DNA of 64,000 bases, from the NCBI GenBank assembly GCA_963734595.1, contig CAVTHV010000018.1, forward strand, positions 248,962-312,961, written 5' to 3'. The notes below the pieces were generated by a model. That model saw nothing but the letters and a program-made list of their open reading frames with translations, was not told the DNA's origin and made no database searches. Position numbers and translations under genes: made by a program. Source of the DNA: an uncultured beta proteobacterium. GTDB taxonomy: Bacteria > Pseudomonadota > Gammaproteobacteria > Burkholderiales > SG8-41. Numbering within the stretch: the first letter of the stretch is position 1; each line of letters starts with the position of its first letter. Positions 1 to 9,183 of this stretch are shown in pieces.

Positions 1-258
1 GCGGGAAGCGAAACGCTGTCGTCGATGCTGGGCACGCTGCATGCGCGCATCTGGCGCTGGCGCGCGCTCGGTCTTTCCCATCCGCAGCGTTCCGCCGAGC
101 GCTCGAAGGAAAGCATCGAGGGATTGCGCGCGATCCTCGCCGCGATCAGGAAACGCGACGCCGAGGCCGCGGAGAAACTCACGCGCGAGGAAGCGCAGCA
201 CGCGGCAGCCGAAATCATGCGGCTCATCGAAAAGCCGGCCGCGCCCGCTCCTGTCTAG
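1..258 (+). CDS. GntR/FadR-type transcriptional regulator, C-terminal fragment (5' end outside the window)
   Basis: The frame is open from base 1 to TAG at 256-258. The helical tail (SMLGTLHARIWRWRALGL...IEGLRAILAAIRKRDAEAAEKLTREEAQHAA) resembles FCD effector-domain C-termini. Confidence 0.5.
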   Translation, partial: AGSETLSSMLGTLHARIWRWRALGLSHPQRSAERSKESIEGLRAILAAIRKRDAEAAEKLTREEAQHAAAEIMRLIEKPAAPAPV

Positions 259-268
259 GAGCGTGACT

Positions 269-463
269 TCAGACTGCTATCCCTGCGAGCAAAAGTCCCC
301 GGATCGAGACCGGCGCGTCACAGGTTTGGCGACCTTTTGTTTCAAACCGGCCAGTGCGGCAAAGCCGGCATGCAGGAGTCCGGCGATATATTCGTGCGCG
401 CAATTTGTGCGCTTCATCGACATAAGGCTCGAAATCACGGGGCAGACTGGTTTCCGGTTTCAT
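269..463 (-). CDS. small hypothetical protein, probably frameshifted
   Basis: ATG at 463. After ...EPYVDEAHKLRA, the +1 frame reads the more protein-like HEYIAGLLHAGFAALAGLKQKVAKP. It lies directly downstream of 511..753 on the same strand. Confidence 0.3.
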   Translation of the reverse strand: MKPETSLPRDFEPYVDEAHKLRARIYRRTPACRLCRTGRFETKGRQTCDAPVSIRGLLLAGIAV

Positions 464-510
464 GTTGCGTTCTCCTGGGTAGGGATGGGGTAATGCCTTT
501 CGACTCCGGA

Positions 511-753
511 TCAGTGGTGCGCCAGTTTGTCGAAAGACGACTTGGCCCGCGCCGCCATGGTCACGAAGCCATGTTCGATGCCGGCAACCGCGGACACGAC
601 GCCCGATACCGCATGTGAAATGAGGTCGGCAATAAACTCCGCATCACGCACATGAGCCTTGGCCAGTTCACGCTTGCTTTCGCTCACGTTGACATTGTTC
701 AACAGGTCAACCATGCTCGGTCCCACCAGTGTACTTTTAGTAATGTTTGCCAT
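511..753 (-). CDS. small hypothetical protein (80 aa)
   Basis: Intact ORF with a GGAGA Shine-Dalgarno upstream and an AT-rich promoter-like region at 754-900. I do not recognise the family. Confidence 0.5.
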   Translation of the reverse strand: MANITKSTLVGPSMVDLLNNVNVSESKRELAKAHVRDAEFIADLISHAVSGVVSAVAGIEHGFVTMAARAKSSFDKLAHH

Positions 754-1154
754 TTTGAAGTCTCCTTTCAGTTAGTCTTGCTGCATTGCAATAACATAGT
801 GTATAAAATAAATACATTCATAAAATCATCCTACATGCACATTAGAACACATCTAAACGAAAATATTGCGCTGCAGTAGAGTATTTATTGTCAAATGACA
901 ATTAAGATAAACTAATCCGAAAGGGCGGAGAAGGGGGTTGCTGTGACAAGTTACCGAATCCCCCTGCTTTCCTGGTGGATTCCCTGAACGCGCGCCTGTA
1001 TCCGATCTCAGGCGGCAGTTCTTCCTCTGTGGGCGGGGTGTTACGATAGCCGCATGTCGCGTGCTGATGGACTGGACGGGCATTCCCCGCGCCACCGCCG
1101 CAGATCGCCAATAATCCGTTGTTTTAAAACAATATTTTAAGTCAGGAAGTGGGC

Positions 1155-2156
1155 ATGCCAAACGACATCACCCGTAATCTGCTTGCAGTCGATGCGCTCG
1201 AAGTGCAGGTGCTGGTGGACAACGTCACCGACTCCTTGTCCACCGTGCCGAAGGACGTGACCAACGAGGTGCCGGTGCTGATGAAAAACGGCACGCTCAA
1301 GATGGCCGCGGGGGAATACCGCTGCTGCGCGCATCACGGCCTCTCGCTCATCATCACCGCGCGCGTCGGCAACGACAAGCAGACGCTGGTGTTCGACGCC
1401 GGCCCGGAAGCCTATACCGTGACGCGCAACGGCGCGCTGCTCAAGGTGCCGTTCGGCGACGCCGGCGCGGTGGTGCTCTCGCACGGCCACTGGGACCATG
1501 CCGGCGGCCTGGTGGAAGCGGTGCGCCAGGTGACGGCGATGAACGGCGGCAAGCGCGTCGAGTGCCACGTCAATCCCGGCATGTTCGTGACGCGCGGCAC
1601 GCTGCGCCACGGCGGCGAACCGCTGCCGCAGAAGCCGGTGCCGAGCCCGCAGGAACTCGCCGCCGCGGGCGCGACCGTCGTCAATGCGCCGGAAGCGCGG
1701 CTGCTGCTCGACAATTGTTTCTACCTGAGCGGCGAGATTCCGCGCGTGACGCCCTACGAGAAAGGGCTGCCCGGCCACCTGAAGCGCACGGCCGACGGCA
1801 AATCGTGGGAACCCGACCCGTGGCTGATGGACGAGCGTTACGTCGCGGCGCACGTGAAAGGCAAGGGCGCGATCGTGTTCACCGCATGCTCGCACGCCGG
1901 CGTGATCAACGTGCTGAAGGACGCGCGCAATGTCTTCGGCGACGTGCCGCTGCACGCGGTGATGGGCGGCTTCCACCTCTCCGGGCAGCAGATCGAGGAA
2001 ATCATCCCCGACACGATCAACGACATGAAGGGGTTCGGCCTGAAGCGCATCGTGCCCGCGCACTGCACCGGCTGGCGCGCGGTCGGCGCGCTGGTGCAGG
2101 CGTTCGGCGAAGAACTCATCGTGCCCTCGGCGGTCGGCAGGCAGTTTGTTTTTTAA
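1155..2156 (+). CDS. MBL-fold metallo-hydrolase
   Basis: SHGHWDHAGG metal-binding motif and a later CSHAG motif. AGGAAG RBS lies 5 nt before the ATG at 1155 (the ORF track starts at GTG 1149). Confidence 0.85.
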   Translation: MPNDITRNLLAVDALEVQVLVDNVTDSLSTVPKDVTNEVPVLMKNGTLKMAAGEYRCCAHHGLSLIITARVGNDKQTLVFDAGPEAYTVTRNGALLKVPFGDAGAVVLSHGHWDHAGGLVEAVRQVTAMNGGKRVECHVNPGMFVTRGTLRHGGEPLPQKPVPSPQELAAAGATVVNAPEARLLLDNCFYLSGEIPRVTPYEKGLPGHLKRTADGKSWEPDPWLMDERYVAAHVKGKGAIVFTACSHAGVINVLKDARNVFGDVPLHAVMGGFHLSGQQIEEIIPDTINDMKGFGLKRIVPAHCTGWRAVGALVQAFGEELIVPSAVGRQFVF

Positions 2157-2319
2157 AATGTCCTGAATGAAGTTGCTCGTCGCGAAAGTTCGGCTGAAAG
2201 CCGCGCTCGGACGCGATAGGGTTGGGAACGAGGGGCGCGCTATATGGCGCTCAATGTTCGGGCGGCTGAGCCTCGGCTTTCGTTCGCGCAGTGATCTGCG
2301 CGTGAGCCGCGGTTCCGGA

Positions 2320-2931
2320 CTAGAGCCCGATCGTGGTTTCGGCCACGCACCTCGCGACGTGGCCGGCAGTGCCGAGTGTGCGTGATCCAGCGCTGGCCGG
2401 CCCGCGATGTCGAACCGATGAACGAGCCGAGTTCGACGAGTTCCGGTTCCGTGAAGTGGGCGTGCAGCGATCTTTCCACAATCTCGCCCGTCGGCGCTCG
2501 CAGGGTTCCAGCACGATGTGCGTCGGTAGTAGCGAAGCGCGAGCGCCGCTCCGCGTTCGGTGAAAAGCGGCGACTGACTCGAAGCCGCGCCGAGGTCTGG
2601 CGAGCTTCTCCTCGTTCGCGATCTGTAAACTTTCGTCCCTGCCGATGCCAGACTGGACGGCGCGCTGTATATGGGCCTCAGTAGTTGCAGCCGAGGGTTT
2701 GCGAGACGCGAAGCCGGCACAGTTCCTTGATGTGCCGGTCGACGATCCCGCGGCTTTGAACAGTCGCTCCCAAGCGTAGATGAAGGCGCGCAGCACCTCG
2801 GGCTGATGCGCGCGCAGCGGCCTGGATCTCCGGGCGGGGCGTGCTGTGGAGCATCGCCTGGTGCAGCGCGTCGCGCAGTTCGCAGGGTCTTCGAGATCGT
2901 CCGGATCGATCGTAGCTCGATGTGCGCACAT
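2320..2931 (-). pseudogene. AhpD-like / carboxymuconolactone decarboxylase family protein, multiply frameshifted
   Basis: AAGGAGG RBS plus ATG at 2931. Family-typical pieces are spread over three frames: IDPDDLEDPA, LRDALHQAML, AHQPEVLRAFIYAWERLFKAAG, IVDRHIKELCRLRVSQTLGCNY-TGA, EAHIQRAVQSGIG, LFTERGAALAL, LHAHFTEPELVELGSFIG. The 3' end is uncertain. Confidence 0.6.
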
Positions 2932-3179
2932 GCCCGCCTCCTTTGAGGATTGGGAAATTCGAGCGGTGATACCGGCTCATTTTGCGCTGTCGCACAAAAA
3001 GTTGGCATCCCGTCGATGCCCAACACGTTGTTGCAAAAACTTGCAATACAAAATCCGGCGGCCCGCGGTCGCGGCGATGCTGCTGCGGTGTATAGCTTTT
3101 GACGGTCGGCGGAAAAGGTCACGAACCGCGACCATCAGCAAGGCCGTGCTTGCGGACGTTGATCCCGAAAAGTTTATCG

Positions 3180-4551
3180 ATGGCGCCGAACACTTTAAGC
3201 AAATTACGCCGCATCCGGCTGCCGGCACGGTTCACCGCGGTTTCCTGGCGCGATCTCGCGGCAACGCTGGGCCCCATACTCCTCATCAGCCTGATTGCGC
3301 TCTGGATCGCGTTCAAATTCGTCCGCCCGGCGCCGCCCGATACCATCATCCTCACCGCCGGCCCCGAGGGCAGCATTTTCAGCACCACGGCCGAGAAGTA
3401 CCGCAAGATACTCGCGCGCAACGGCGTGACGCTGAAGATCCTGCCCTCGCAGGGCTCGCTGGAAAACCTCAAGCGGCTGACCGATCCTTCGATTCGAGGT
3501 CGACGTCGGCTTCGTCCAGGGCGGCGTGTCGCAGGGGATGGACATCGATGAGCTGGCGTCGCTCGGCAGCGTCTTCTATGAACCGCTCGCCGTGTTCTAC
3601 CACAGCGCAAAGCCCGGTCGACCGGCTTTCCGTCCTGCGCGGCAAGCGGCTGGCGATCGGCAGTCGAGGGCAGCGGAACACGCGCCCTTGCTTTGATCCT
3701 GCTCAAGGCCAATGGCATGGAGCCCGGCGGCCCGACCGCGCTGCTGGATCTGGGCGGGGATGACGCGGCGCAGGCGCTGATCGCAGGCAAGGTCGATGCC
3801 GTGTTCCTGATGGGAGATTCCGCCGCGCCGCCGGTCATGCGCAAGCTCATGCGGACGCCGGGAATCCGGCTGCTCAATTTCGCGCAGGCCGATGCCTATG
3901 CGCGCCGCTTCACCTATCTGAGCAAGCTCGAACTGCCGATGGGGTCCATCGATTTCGGCAAGAATATCCCCGCGCAGAATCTCGCGCTGATCGGCCCCAC
4001 GGTCGAGCTCGTCGCGCGCGAGGATTTGCATCCGGCGCTGTCCGATCTGCTGATCGACGCCGCGCGTGAAGTGCACTCGGGCGCGACCCTGCTGCAGCGC
4101 GCGGGCGAGTTTCCGGCCCCGCTCGAGCACGAATTCCCGATCAGCAGCGACGCGAGCCGTTACTACAAATCGGGCAAGAGTTTCTTCTATCGCTATCTGC
4201 CGTTCTGGCTGGCGAGCCTGACCGACCGCATGCTGGTGATCCTGGTGCCGATCGTCGTGCTGCTGATCCCGGGATTGCGGCTGGTGCCCGTGCTCTACAG
4301 CTGGCGCGTCAGGTCGCGCATCTACCGCTGGTACGGCGCGCTGCTGGCGCTCGAACGGGACGTGCTCGCGCATCCGGAACCGGAGAAGCACGCGGACATG
4401 CTCAAGCGGCTCGATGCCATCGAGCAGGGCGTCAACAGCCTCAAGGTGCCGCTCTCGTTCGCCGACCAGTTCTACGTGCTGCGCGGGCACATCAGCTTCG
4501 TGCGCGAGCGGCTGGTGGCGCAGCCAGGATCTGAAATACCGCTTCGAATAA
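3180..4551 (+). pseudogene. TAXI-family TRAP-type solute-binding protein-like, with C-terminal membrane region, frameshifted
   Basis: MAPNTLSKLRRIRL... TM helix, then TAGPEGSIFSTTAEKYRKILARNGVTLKILPSQGSLENLKRL. The frame changes near 3495, 3612 and 3668 (VDVGFVQGGV... / PVDRLSVLRGKRLAIGSRG / SGTRALALILLKANGME). There is a probable last shift near 4525 giving ...DLKYRFE-TAA at 4549-4551. Confidence 0.7.
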
Positions 4552-4556
4552 AATAT

Positions 4557-4587
4557 AAAATCCGGCTGATGCTGACCGGATTTTTGT
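4557..4587 (+). terminator. rho-independent terminator candidate
   Basis: AAAATCCGG-ctgatgctga-CCGGATTTTT hairpin followed by a T-tract. Confidence 0.5.
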
Positions 4588-4756
4588 TGCGGCGGATAAG
4601 GGCGAATAAGCGGAGCCGCGGCCAATTTTGCCTCGACCGCTGGGTTGTGCGAATCAAAAAATCAGTCTGAGGAGATTTTTATGCCGGGCCTGAAATTTCT
4701 CGTTCGCTGTATCCATGCCGTGATCGCGCCATCGTTTCATCCGGTTTCACGTTCCA

Positions 4757-5722
4757 ATGCGGACCGCAGCGTGGCTGACGGGCCTGTTGTCGGCGGCATG
4801 CGTTTTTCAGGCGTCCGCCGCAGACGTCTATCCTCATCGCCCGGTGCGGTTGATCATTCCGTACCCGCCCGGCGGCGCCGGTGATTTCGTCGGACGGCTG
4901 CTCGGCGCCAAGCTCACCGAGGCGCTGGGCCAGCAGGTCGTCAACGACAATCGTCCGGGCGGCGGCCAGCTGATTGCCACGCAGCTCGCGGCCCAGGCGC
5001 AGCCCGACGGCTACACGCTGTTTCTCGCCAGCGCCACGCACGGCATCAATCCCGGTTTGCGGAAAAAACTGCCGTACGATTCGATCAAGGACTTTGCGCC
5101 GATCACGCTGGTGGCGAGTTCGCCGCTGATTTTCGTCGCGCATCCGTCGCTCAACGTCGGCACCATCCAGGAACTGGTGGCGCTGGCCAAGGCGCGGCCG
5201 GGGAAGATCAATTACGGTTCTTCGGGGCCGGGCACCGGCGGCCATCTGTCGGTCGAGATGCTGAAGTGGATGACGCATATCGATATGGTCCACGTGCCGT
5301 ACAAGGGCGCCGGTCCGGCGCTGACCGCTTTGGTCGCGGGGCAGGTCCAGCTGGTGTGCACCAGCCCGCTGGCCGCGCTGCCGTTCGTGCGTGACGGCCG
5401 CCTGCGCGGCCTGGCGATGACCTCGCGCACCCGTTCGCAGGCGGCGCCGGATATTCCCACGGTGGCCGAATCCGGCGTGCCGGGTTATGAATCCACGCTG
5501 TGGTATGCGCTGCTGGCGCCGGCGGGCACGCCGAAGCCGATCATCAAGCGGCTGCATGCGGAAACGGTGCGGATCATCCATTCGCCCGACGTCACCGCGA
5601 AGCTGCGGGGGCTGGGCGCCGATCCGATTGGCAGCAGTCCGGAAGAACTGTCAAAATTCCTCAAGACCGAGATCGCGCGCTGGACCGAAGTGATCCGCGC
5701 AGCGCATATCAGCGCGGATTAA
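4757..5722 (+). CDS. Bug-family (TctC-like) tripartite tricarboxylate transporter substrate-binding protein
   Basis: Signal peptide, then YPHRPVRLIIPYPPGGAGDFVGRLLG...DNRPGGGG...PDGYTL...VPYKGAGPAL, the typical Bug family signature. Confidence 0.9.
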   Translation: MRTAAWLTGLLSAACVFQASAADVYPHRPVRLIIPYPPGGAGDFVGRLLGAKLTEALGQQVVNDNRPGGGQLIATQLAAQAQPDGYTLFLASATHGINPGLRKKLPYDSIKDFAPITLVASSPLIFVAHPSLNVGTIQELVALAKARPGKINYGSSGPGTGGHLSVEMLKWMTHIDMVHVPYKGAGPALTALVAGQVQLVCTSPLAALPFVRDGRLRGLAMTSRTRSQAAPDIPTVAESGVPGYESTLWYALLAPAGTPKPIIKRLHAETVRIIHSPDVTAKLRGLGADPIGSSPEELSKFLKTEIARWTEVIRAAHISAD

Positions 5723-5743
5723 GAGCGTGTGGCAAAAGACCGG

Positions 5744-5891
5744 AAAAATGCATCGGCCACAGAAAGCACAGAAAGCATCAGAGAACACAGAGAACACAGA
5801 GAAAATGACTGATTAATATTTAAAACAATATGATATGAGACATGATTCGTTGTTTGTTTTTCCTCTGTGACCTCCGTGTTCTCTGTGGCTA
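5744..5891. repeat. palindromic intergenic element, copy 1 (CACAGAGAA-type arms)
   Basis: Left arm is AAAAATGCATCGGCCACAGAAAGCACAGAAAGCATCAGAGAACACAGAGAACACAGAGAAAA. Right arm is TTTTCCTCTGTGACCTCCGTGTTCTCTGTGGCTAT. The core is AT-rich. Confidence 0.85.
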
Positions 5892-5954
5892 TAGGATTTC
5901 GTTTTTCTGATTTTGTCCCGGACTCTGAATCAACGTACAGGCAGGGAGACAACG

Positions 5955-6497
5955 ATGAGCGCAACGGTATTGCTTTACGATCCGACGGCGGCGCGCCAGG
6001 GCGCGGCGGGGCAGGCGCAGCAGGCGCTGCAGGGCCTGCGCGGCAAGGTCGTCGGTTTCATCGACAACGCCAAACCCAATTTCGAATATCTGGTCGACGA
6101 TCTCGCCGCGCAATTTCTCGGCCGCTACGGCGTCAGCCGCGTGATCAAGCGCAAGAAGCGCGCGGCATCGGTGGCGGCGGACGATGCGGTGTACGAGGAA
6201 CTCGCGCAGCAGTGCGACCTGGTGATCACCGGGTCGGGCGATTGAGGGTCGTGCGCGTCGTGGAGTATCCACGACTCCATAGAAATCGAGAAACGCGGCC
6301 GTGCCGCGATCACGGTGTGCTCGACGGCGTTTGCCACGCTGGGCCGGGCGCAGGCGCGGGCCCTCGGCCATCCCGATCTGCCGATCGCCGTCATCGCGCA
6401 TCCGTTCGGGATCCGCACGCGTGACGAGGTGCGGCAGATTGCGGCTCAGTGTGTCGAAGAGATCGTGAAACTCGTGAGCAAGGACTCTGCGAAATGA
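5955..6497 (+). CDS. UGSC-motif (seleno)protein; in-frame TGA at 6243-6245 read as selenocysteine
   Basis: GGGAGA RBS 6 nt before the ATG at 5955. ORFs 5913..6245 and 6315..6497 are in the same frame and separated only by the TGA. The joined product reads ...CDLVITGSGD-U-GSCASWSIHDSIEIEKRGRAAITVCSTAF... (a U-x-x-C motif). A hairpin follows the TGA. Confidence 0.75.
6257..6275 (+). promoter_or_regulatory. SECIS-like stem-loop downstream of UGA 6243-6245
   Basis: Perfect 7-bp stem GTCGTGG / CCACGAC with a 5-nt loop AGTAT. The stem starts 11 nt after the UGA. Confidence 0.5.
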
Positions 6498-7559
6498 GTG
6501 ACGATACGCCGGCGGAGCGCGCTGCACTGTTCGAAGCGCCCGACGATCTGGACGCGATCAACCGGCTTTACCGCGAGCGGCGCTGGAGCGACGGCCTGCC
6601 CATCGTGCCGCCGACGCAGGAGCGCGTGGCGCGCATGCTGGGCGCGACGCGCCGCGCGCGCGACGAAGTCGTTGCCGCCGTCGCCCCCGGTTACGGCGCG
6701 GCGACGGTCGAGCGGATCGCGATCAACGCCGTGCTCGCGGGATGCGACCCCGAGTACCTGCCGCTGCTGATCGCGGCGACCGAAGCGGTGGCGGCGCCCG
6801 AATTCAATCTGCAGGGCATACAGTCGACCACCAATCCGGTCGCGGTGTGGCTCATCGTCAACGGGCCCATCGCGCAGCGCCTGAACGTGAACAGCACGTT
6901 CAATTGCCTGGGGCAGGGGGCGTGGGCCAACGCCACGCTCGGCCGCGCGCTGCGATTGATCCTGCAGAACGTCGGCGGCGCGCTGCCGGGTGAAATGGAC
7001 CGGGCCACGCAGGGCCAGCCGGGCAAGTACAGCTTCTGCTGCGCCGAGAACGAGGCCGGCAATCCGTGGGAGCCGCTGCACGTCGAACGCGGATTCGCGC
7101 GCGAATGCAGCACGGTGACGGTGGTCGGCGCCGAAGGCACGATGAACATGAATTCCCATGCCAAGGACGCCGTGGAACTCGCGCGGGTGATCGCGGAGAC
7201 CATGATTCATCCGCCGAGCAACGAATACACCCACGGCGGCGAGCCGTGGCTGGTGCTCGGGCCGGAGCACGCCGAAGTTTTCCGGATGCGCCGGCTGGAG
7301 CAAGGCGGAGGTCAAGCAGCGGTTGTGGGAGCAATCGAAAATGAAAGCGGGCCGCATGAGTGCGAGGGACCTCATGCGCGCGGTCGATTCGCGCACCGCG
7401 GAACTGGGTCCGATCGGGCCCGAGACCCTGCTGCCGATCTCGGCGCGTGCCGAAGACATCGGCATCGTGGTCGCCGGCGGGCCGGGCACGCATTCGATTT
7501 ATATCCCGAGCTTCGGCAACACGCGCGCGGTGACGCGGGAAGTCGTTGACAGGCAGTGA
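6494..7559 (+). CDS. conserved hypothetical protein translationally coupled to the UGSC gene (one frameshift near 7290)
   Basis: The ATG at 6494 overlaps the UGSC stop (ATGA). The protein-like sequence (RWSDGLPIVPPTQERV...INAVLAGCDPEYLPLL...QGIQSTTNPVAVWLIVNGP...) continues in ORF 7323..7559 (...IGIVVAGGPGTHSIYIPSFGNTRAVTREV). Confidence 0.65.
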
Positions 7560-7634
7560 TTGAGTGATTGAGTGATTAAGTGATTCTGTGATTAAGTGAA
7601 ATGTATCTTTTAGGTCCTCATCCCTCATCCCTCG
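7556..7634. repeat. palindromic-element variant, copy 2 (GTGATTGA array plus CCTCATCC array)
   Basis: AGTGATTGAGTGATTGAGTGATTAAGTGATTCTGTGATTAAGTGA starts on the TGA stop at 7557, and is followed by CCTCATCCCTCATCCCTC. Confidence 0.7.
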
Positions 7635-7743
7635 GCACTTGGCGCTCGTGCGACGACGCTAACGTAATGCGTTGTTTTAATTATTAAAAAGTGTTCGCGC
7701 GGAGCACGCGGACGTGAACCAGAAAAAGGAGAGGTATTGATTG

Positions 7744-8130
7744 ATGGATGCTGCGTGGGAGGATGCGATCAAGCGTGGTGACGTCCAGACCGTCCTTGAT
7801 CTTCTTGGACGGGGTGTGGATATCGATGCCCGCGACCGATACGGACAGACTGGCCTCATGCTGGCCGCGCATGCGGGTCATCAGGAGGTCGTAGAAACAC
7901 TAATCGCTCATCGGGCAAATCTGAACGTCACCGCCAAGTTCGGTCTGAGCGCTTTGATGCTGGCCATTGTTGCCGGGCATGCGGAAGTCGCGCTCCTTTT
8001 GGCGAAAGCAGGGGCCGATCTTTCCCTGCGGGGAACCGGTGCTCCGGGATTCGCCGACAAGACTGCCTGTGATCTTGCCGAGAACCGCGGCATGCTGGCG
8101 CTATCCGCAGCATTGAAGCCTGAACTATAA
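7744..8130 (+). CDS. ankyrin repeat protein
   Basis: Repeated G-TaLM-AA--GH--vv--Ll--gAd modules. AAGGAGAGG RBS. Local GC is lower than in the flanks. Confidence 0.85.
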   Translation: MDAAWEDAIKRGDVQTVLDLLGRGVDIDARDRYGQTGLMLAAHAGHQEVVETLIAHRANLNVTAKFGLSALMLAIVAGHAEVALLLAKAGADLSLRGTGAPGFADKTACDLAENRGMLALSAALKPEL

Positions 8131-8133
8131 GCC

Positions 8134-8751
8134 ATGAGTGGCAAGATGAAGTCAGACGCGGAGCGGTGCCAGGAATACGAGACATTCAGGAAAATCGACG
8201 CCGCGTTTCGCGCGGGTGATCTTGCCGCGCTGCAAGCCGCGGTCGATGATCCGTCCACGGTGCCGAACGGTCCAATGCCGCTGACGATCGGCCCGTGCCT
8301 CGAGTACGCCATTTATCACAGCCCGTTGCCGTTTATCCGCACGTTGCTGGAAATCGGTGCCGATCCCAATCCGGCCGATCATGCCGGATTTCCACCCCTG
8401 ATCGCGGCATTGTCCTGCAGTCGGCCGCGGCCCGGATCGCCGGGACGGCCGGACGTGCTGGAAATCCTGAAACTTCTGCTCGCCTTCAAGTCCGATCCCG
8501 ATCAACGCGGTGTCAACGACTACACGCCGCTCCACATGGCTGTGAGCGAACGCAATTCAGCGGCCGTCGGGCTCCTCCTGCAAGGCGGCGCGGATCCGCG
8601 CCTCCGGACACGAATCGACGACTGTGAAACGCCTCGGGAGATGGCGGAAAAGATGGGCCTTCGCGAGATTGCAGAGTTGCTCGTTGCCGAAGTGGACGCG
8701 ACACTACTGCCGATATCACCGTCACAAAGGGCATGTTTGAAACTAAAATAA
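8134..8751 (+). CDS. ankyrin repeat protein
   Basis: Ankyrin-like modules (YTPLHMAVSERNSAAVGLLLQGGADP...). It starts 3 nt after the previous stop. Confidence 0.8.
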   Translation: MSGKMKSDAERCQEYETFRKIDAAFRAGDLAALQAAVDDPSTVPNGPMPLTIGPCLEYAIYHSPLPFIRTLLEIGADPNPADHAGFPPLIAALSCSRPRPGSPGRPDVLEILKLLLAFKSDPDQRGVNDYTPLHMAVSERNSAAVGLLLQGGADPRLRTRIDDCETPREMAEKMGLREIAELLVAEVDATLLPISPSQRACLKLK

Positions 8752-9183
8752 TCGCGACTAAGGCGAAAAGAAAGAAGATCAAAATGCGGAGATCATCAGA
8801 GGCTACACAGACATTTCTCGGTCTTACGTTCCAAAATTTCATTTGCCCGACAACGTAAAGATTGAACAGATCACGGCGACGGGTACCCACGAACCTGACG
8901 AACCATCCGAGAACTGGTCAATACTGCGCGATCTGCACTTACAAAGGAGTCGCTGACAGAGGCGTTTCCTGAACAGCGTATCACGTAGGATCTCAAGTAA
9001 TTTATTCTTACCTTCCCGCTCTGCGGACTGACATGAGGCTCCATGAATGGTGCTAGAGAGCAACCTGACATCTGCGCTCCTCTCTTCAATATTAGCCGAG
9101 CGGTACCATCAAGAGCCAACGATGCCAGATTTGCCTGGATCGGGGAGCCAGTTAGCGCTCGAACTGCACACCATCCAATTCAA

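Noticed and set aside
880-1148. Possible cobalamin, ZTP or other known riboswitch upstream of the MBL-fold gene (either strand).
   Set aside because: Only fragmentary similarity is present (GCCACCGCCG, CCGCCTGAGA). The core conserved blocks of those classes are absent. It is kept only as an unclassified structured leader in the findings.
1137-3122. 661-aa ORF on the minus strand, and many other long ORFs antisense to real genes: 3597..4625, 4679..5581, 27424..29028, 38709..40430, 40631..42712, 44676..46598, 47242..48576, 48824..50512, 56076..57797, 60972..62162.
   Set aside because: These are typical high-GC shadow ORFs. They are Arg/Ala/Pro/Gly-rich and low in complexity, have no motifs, and each overlaps a convincingly protein-like gene on the other strand or in another frame.
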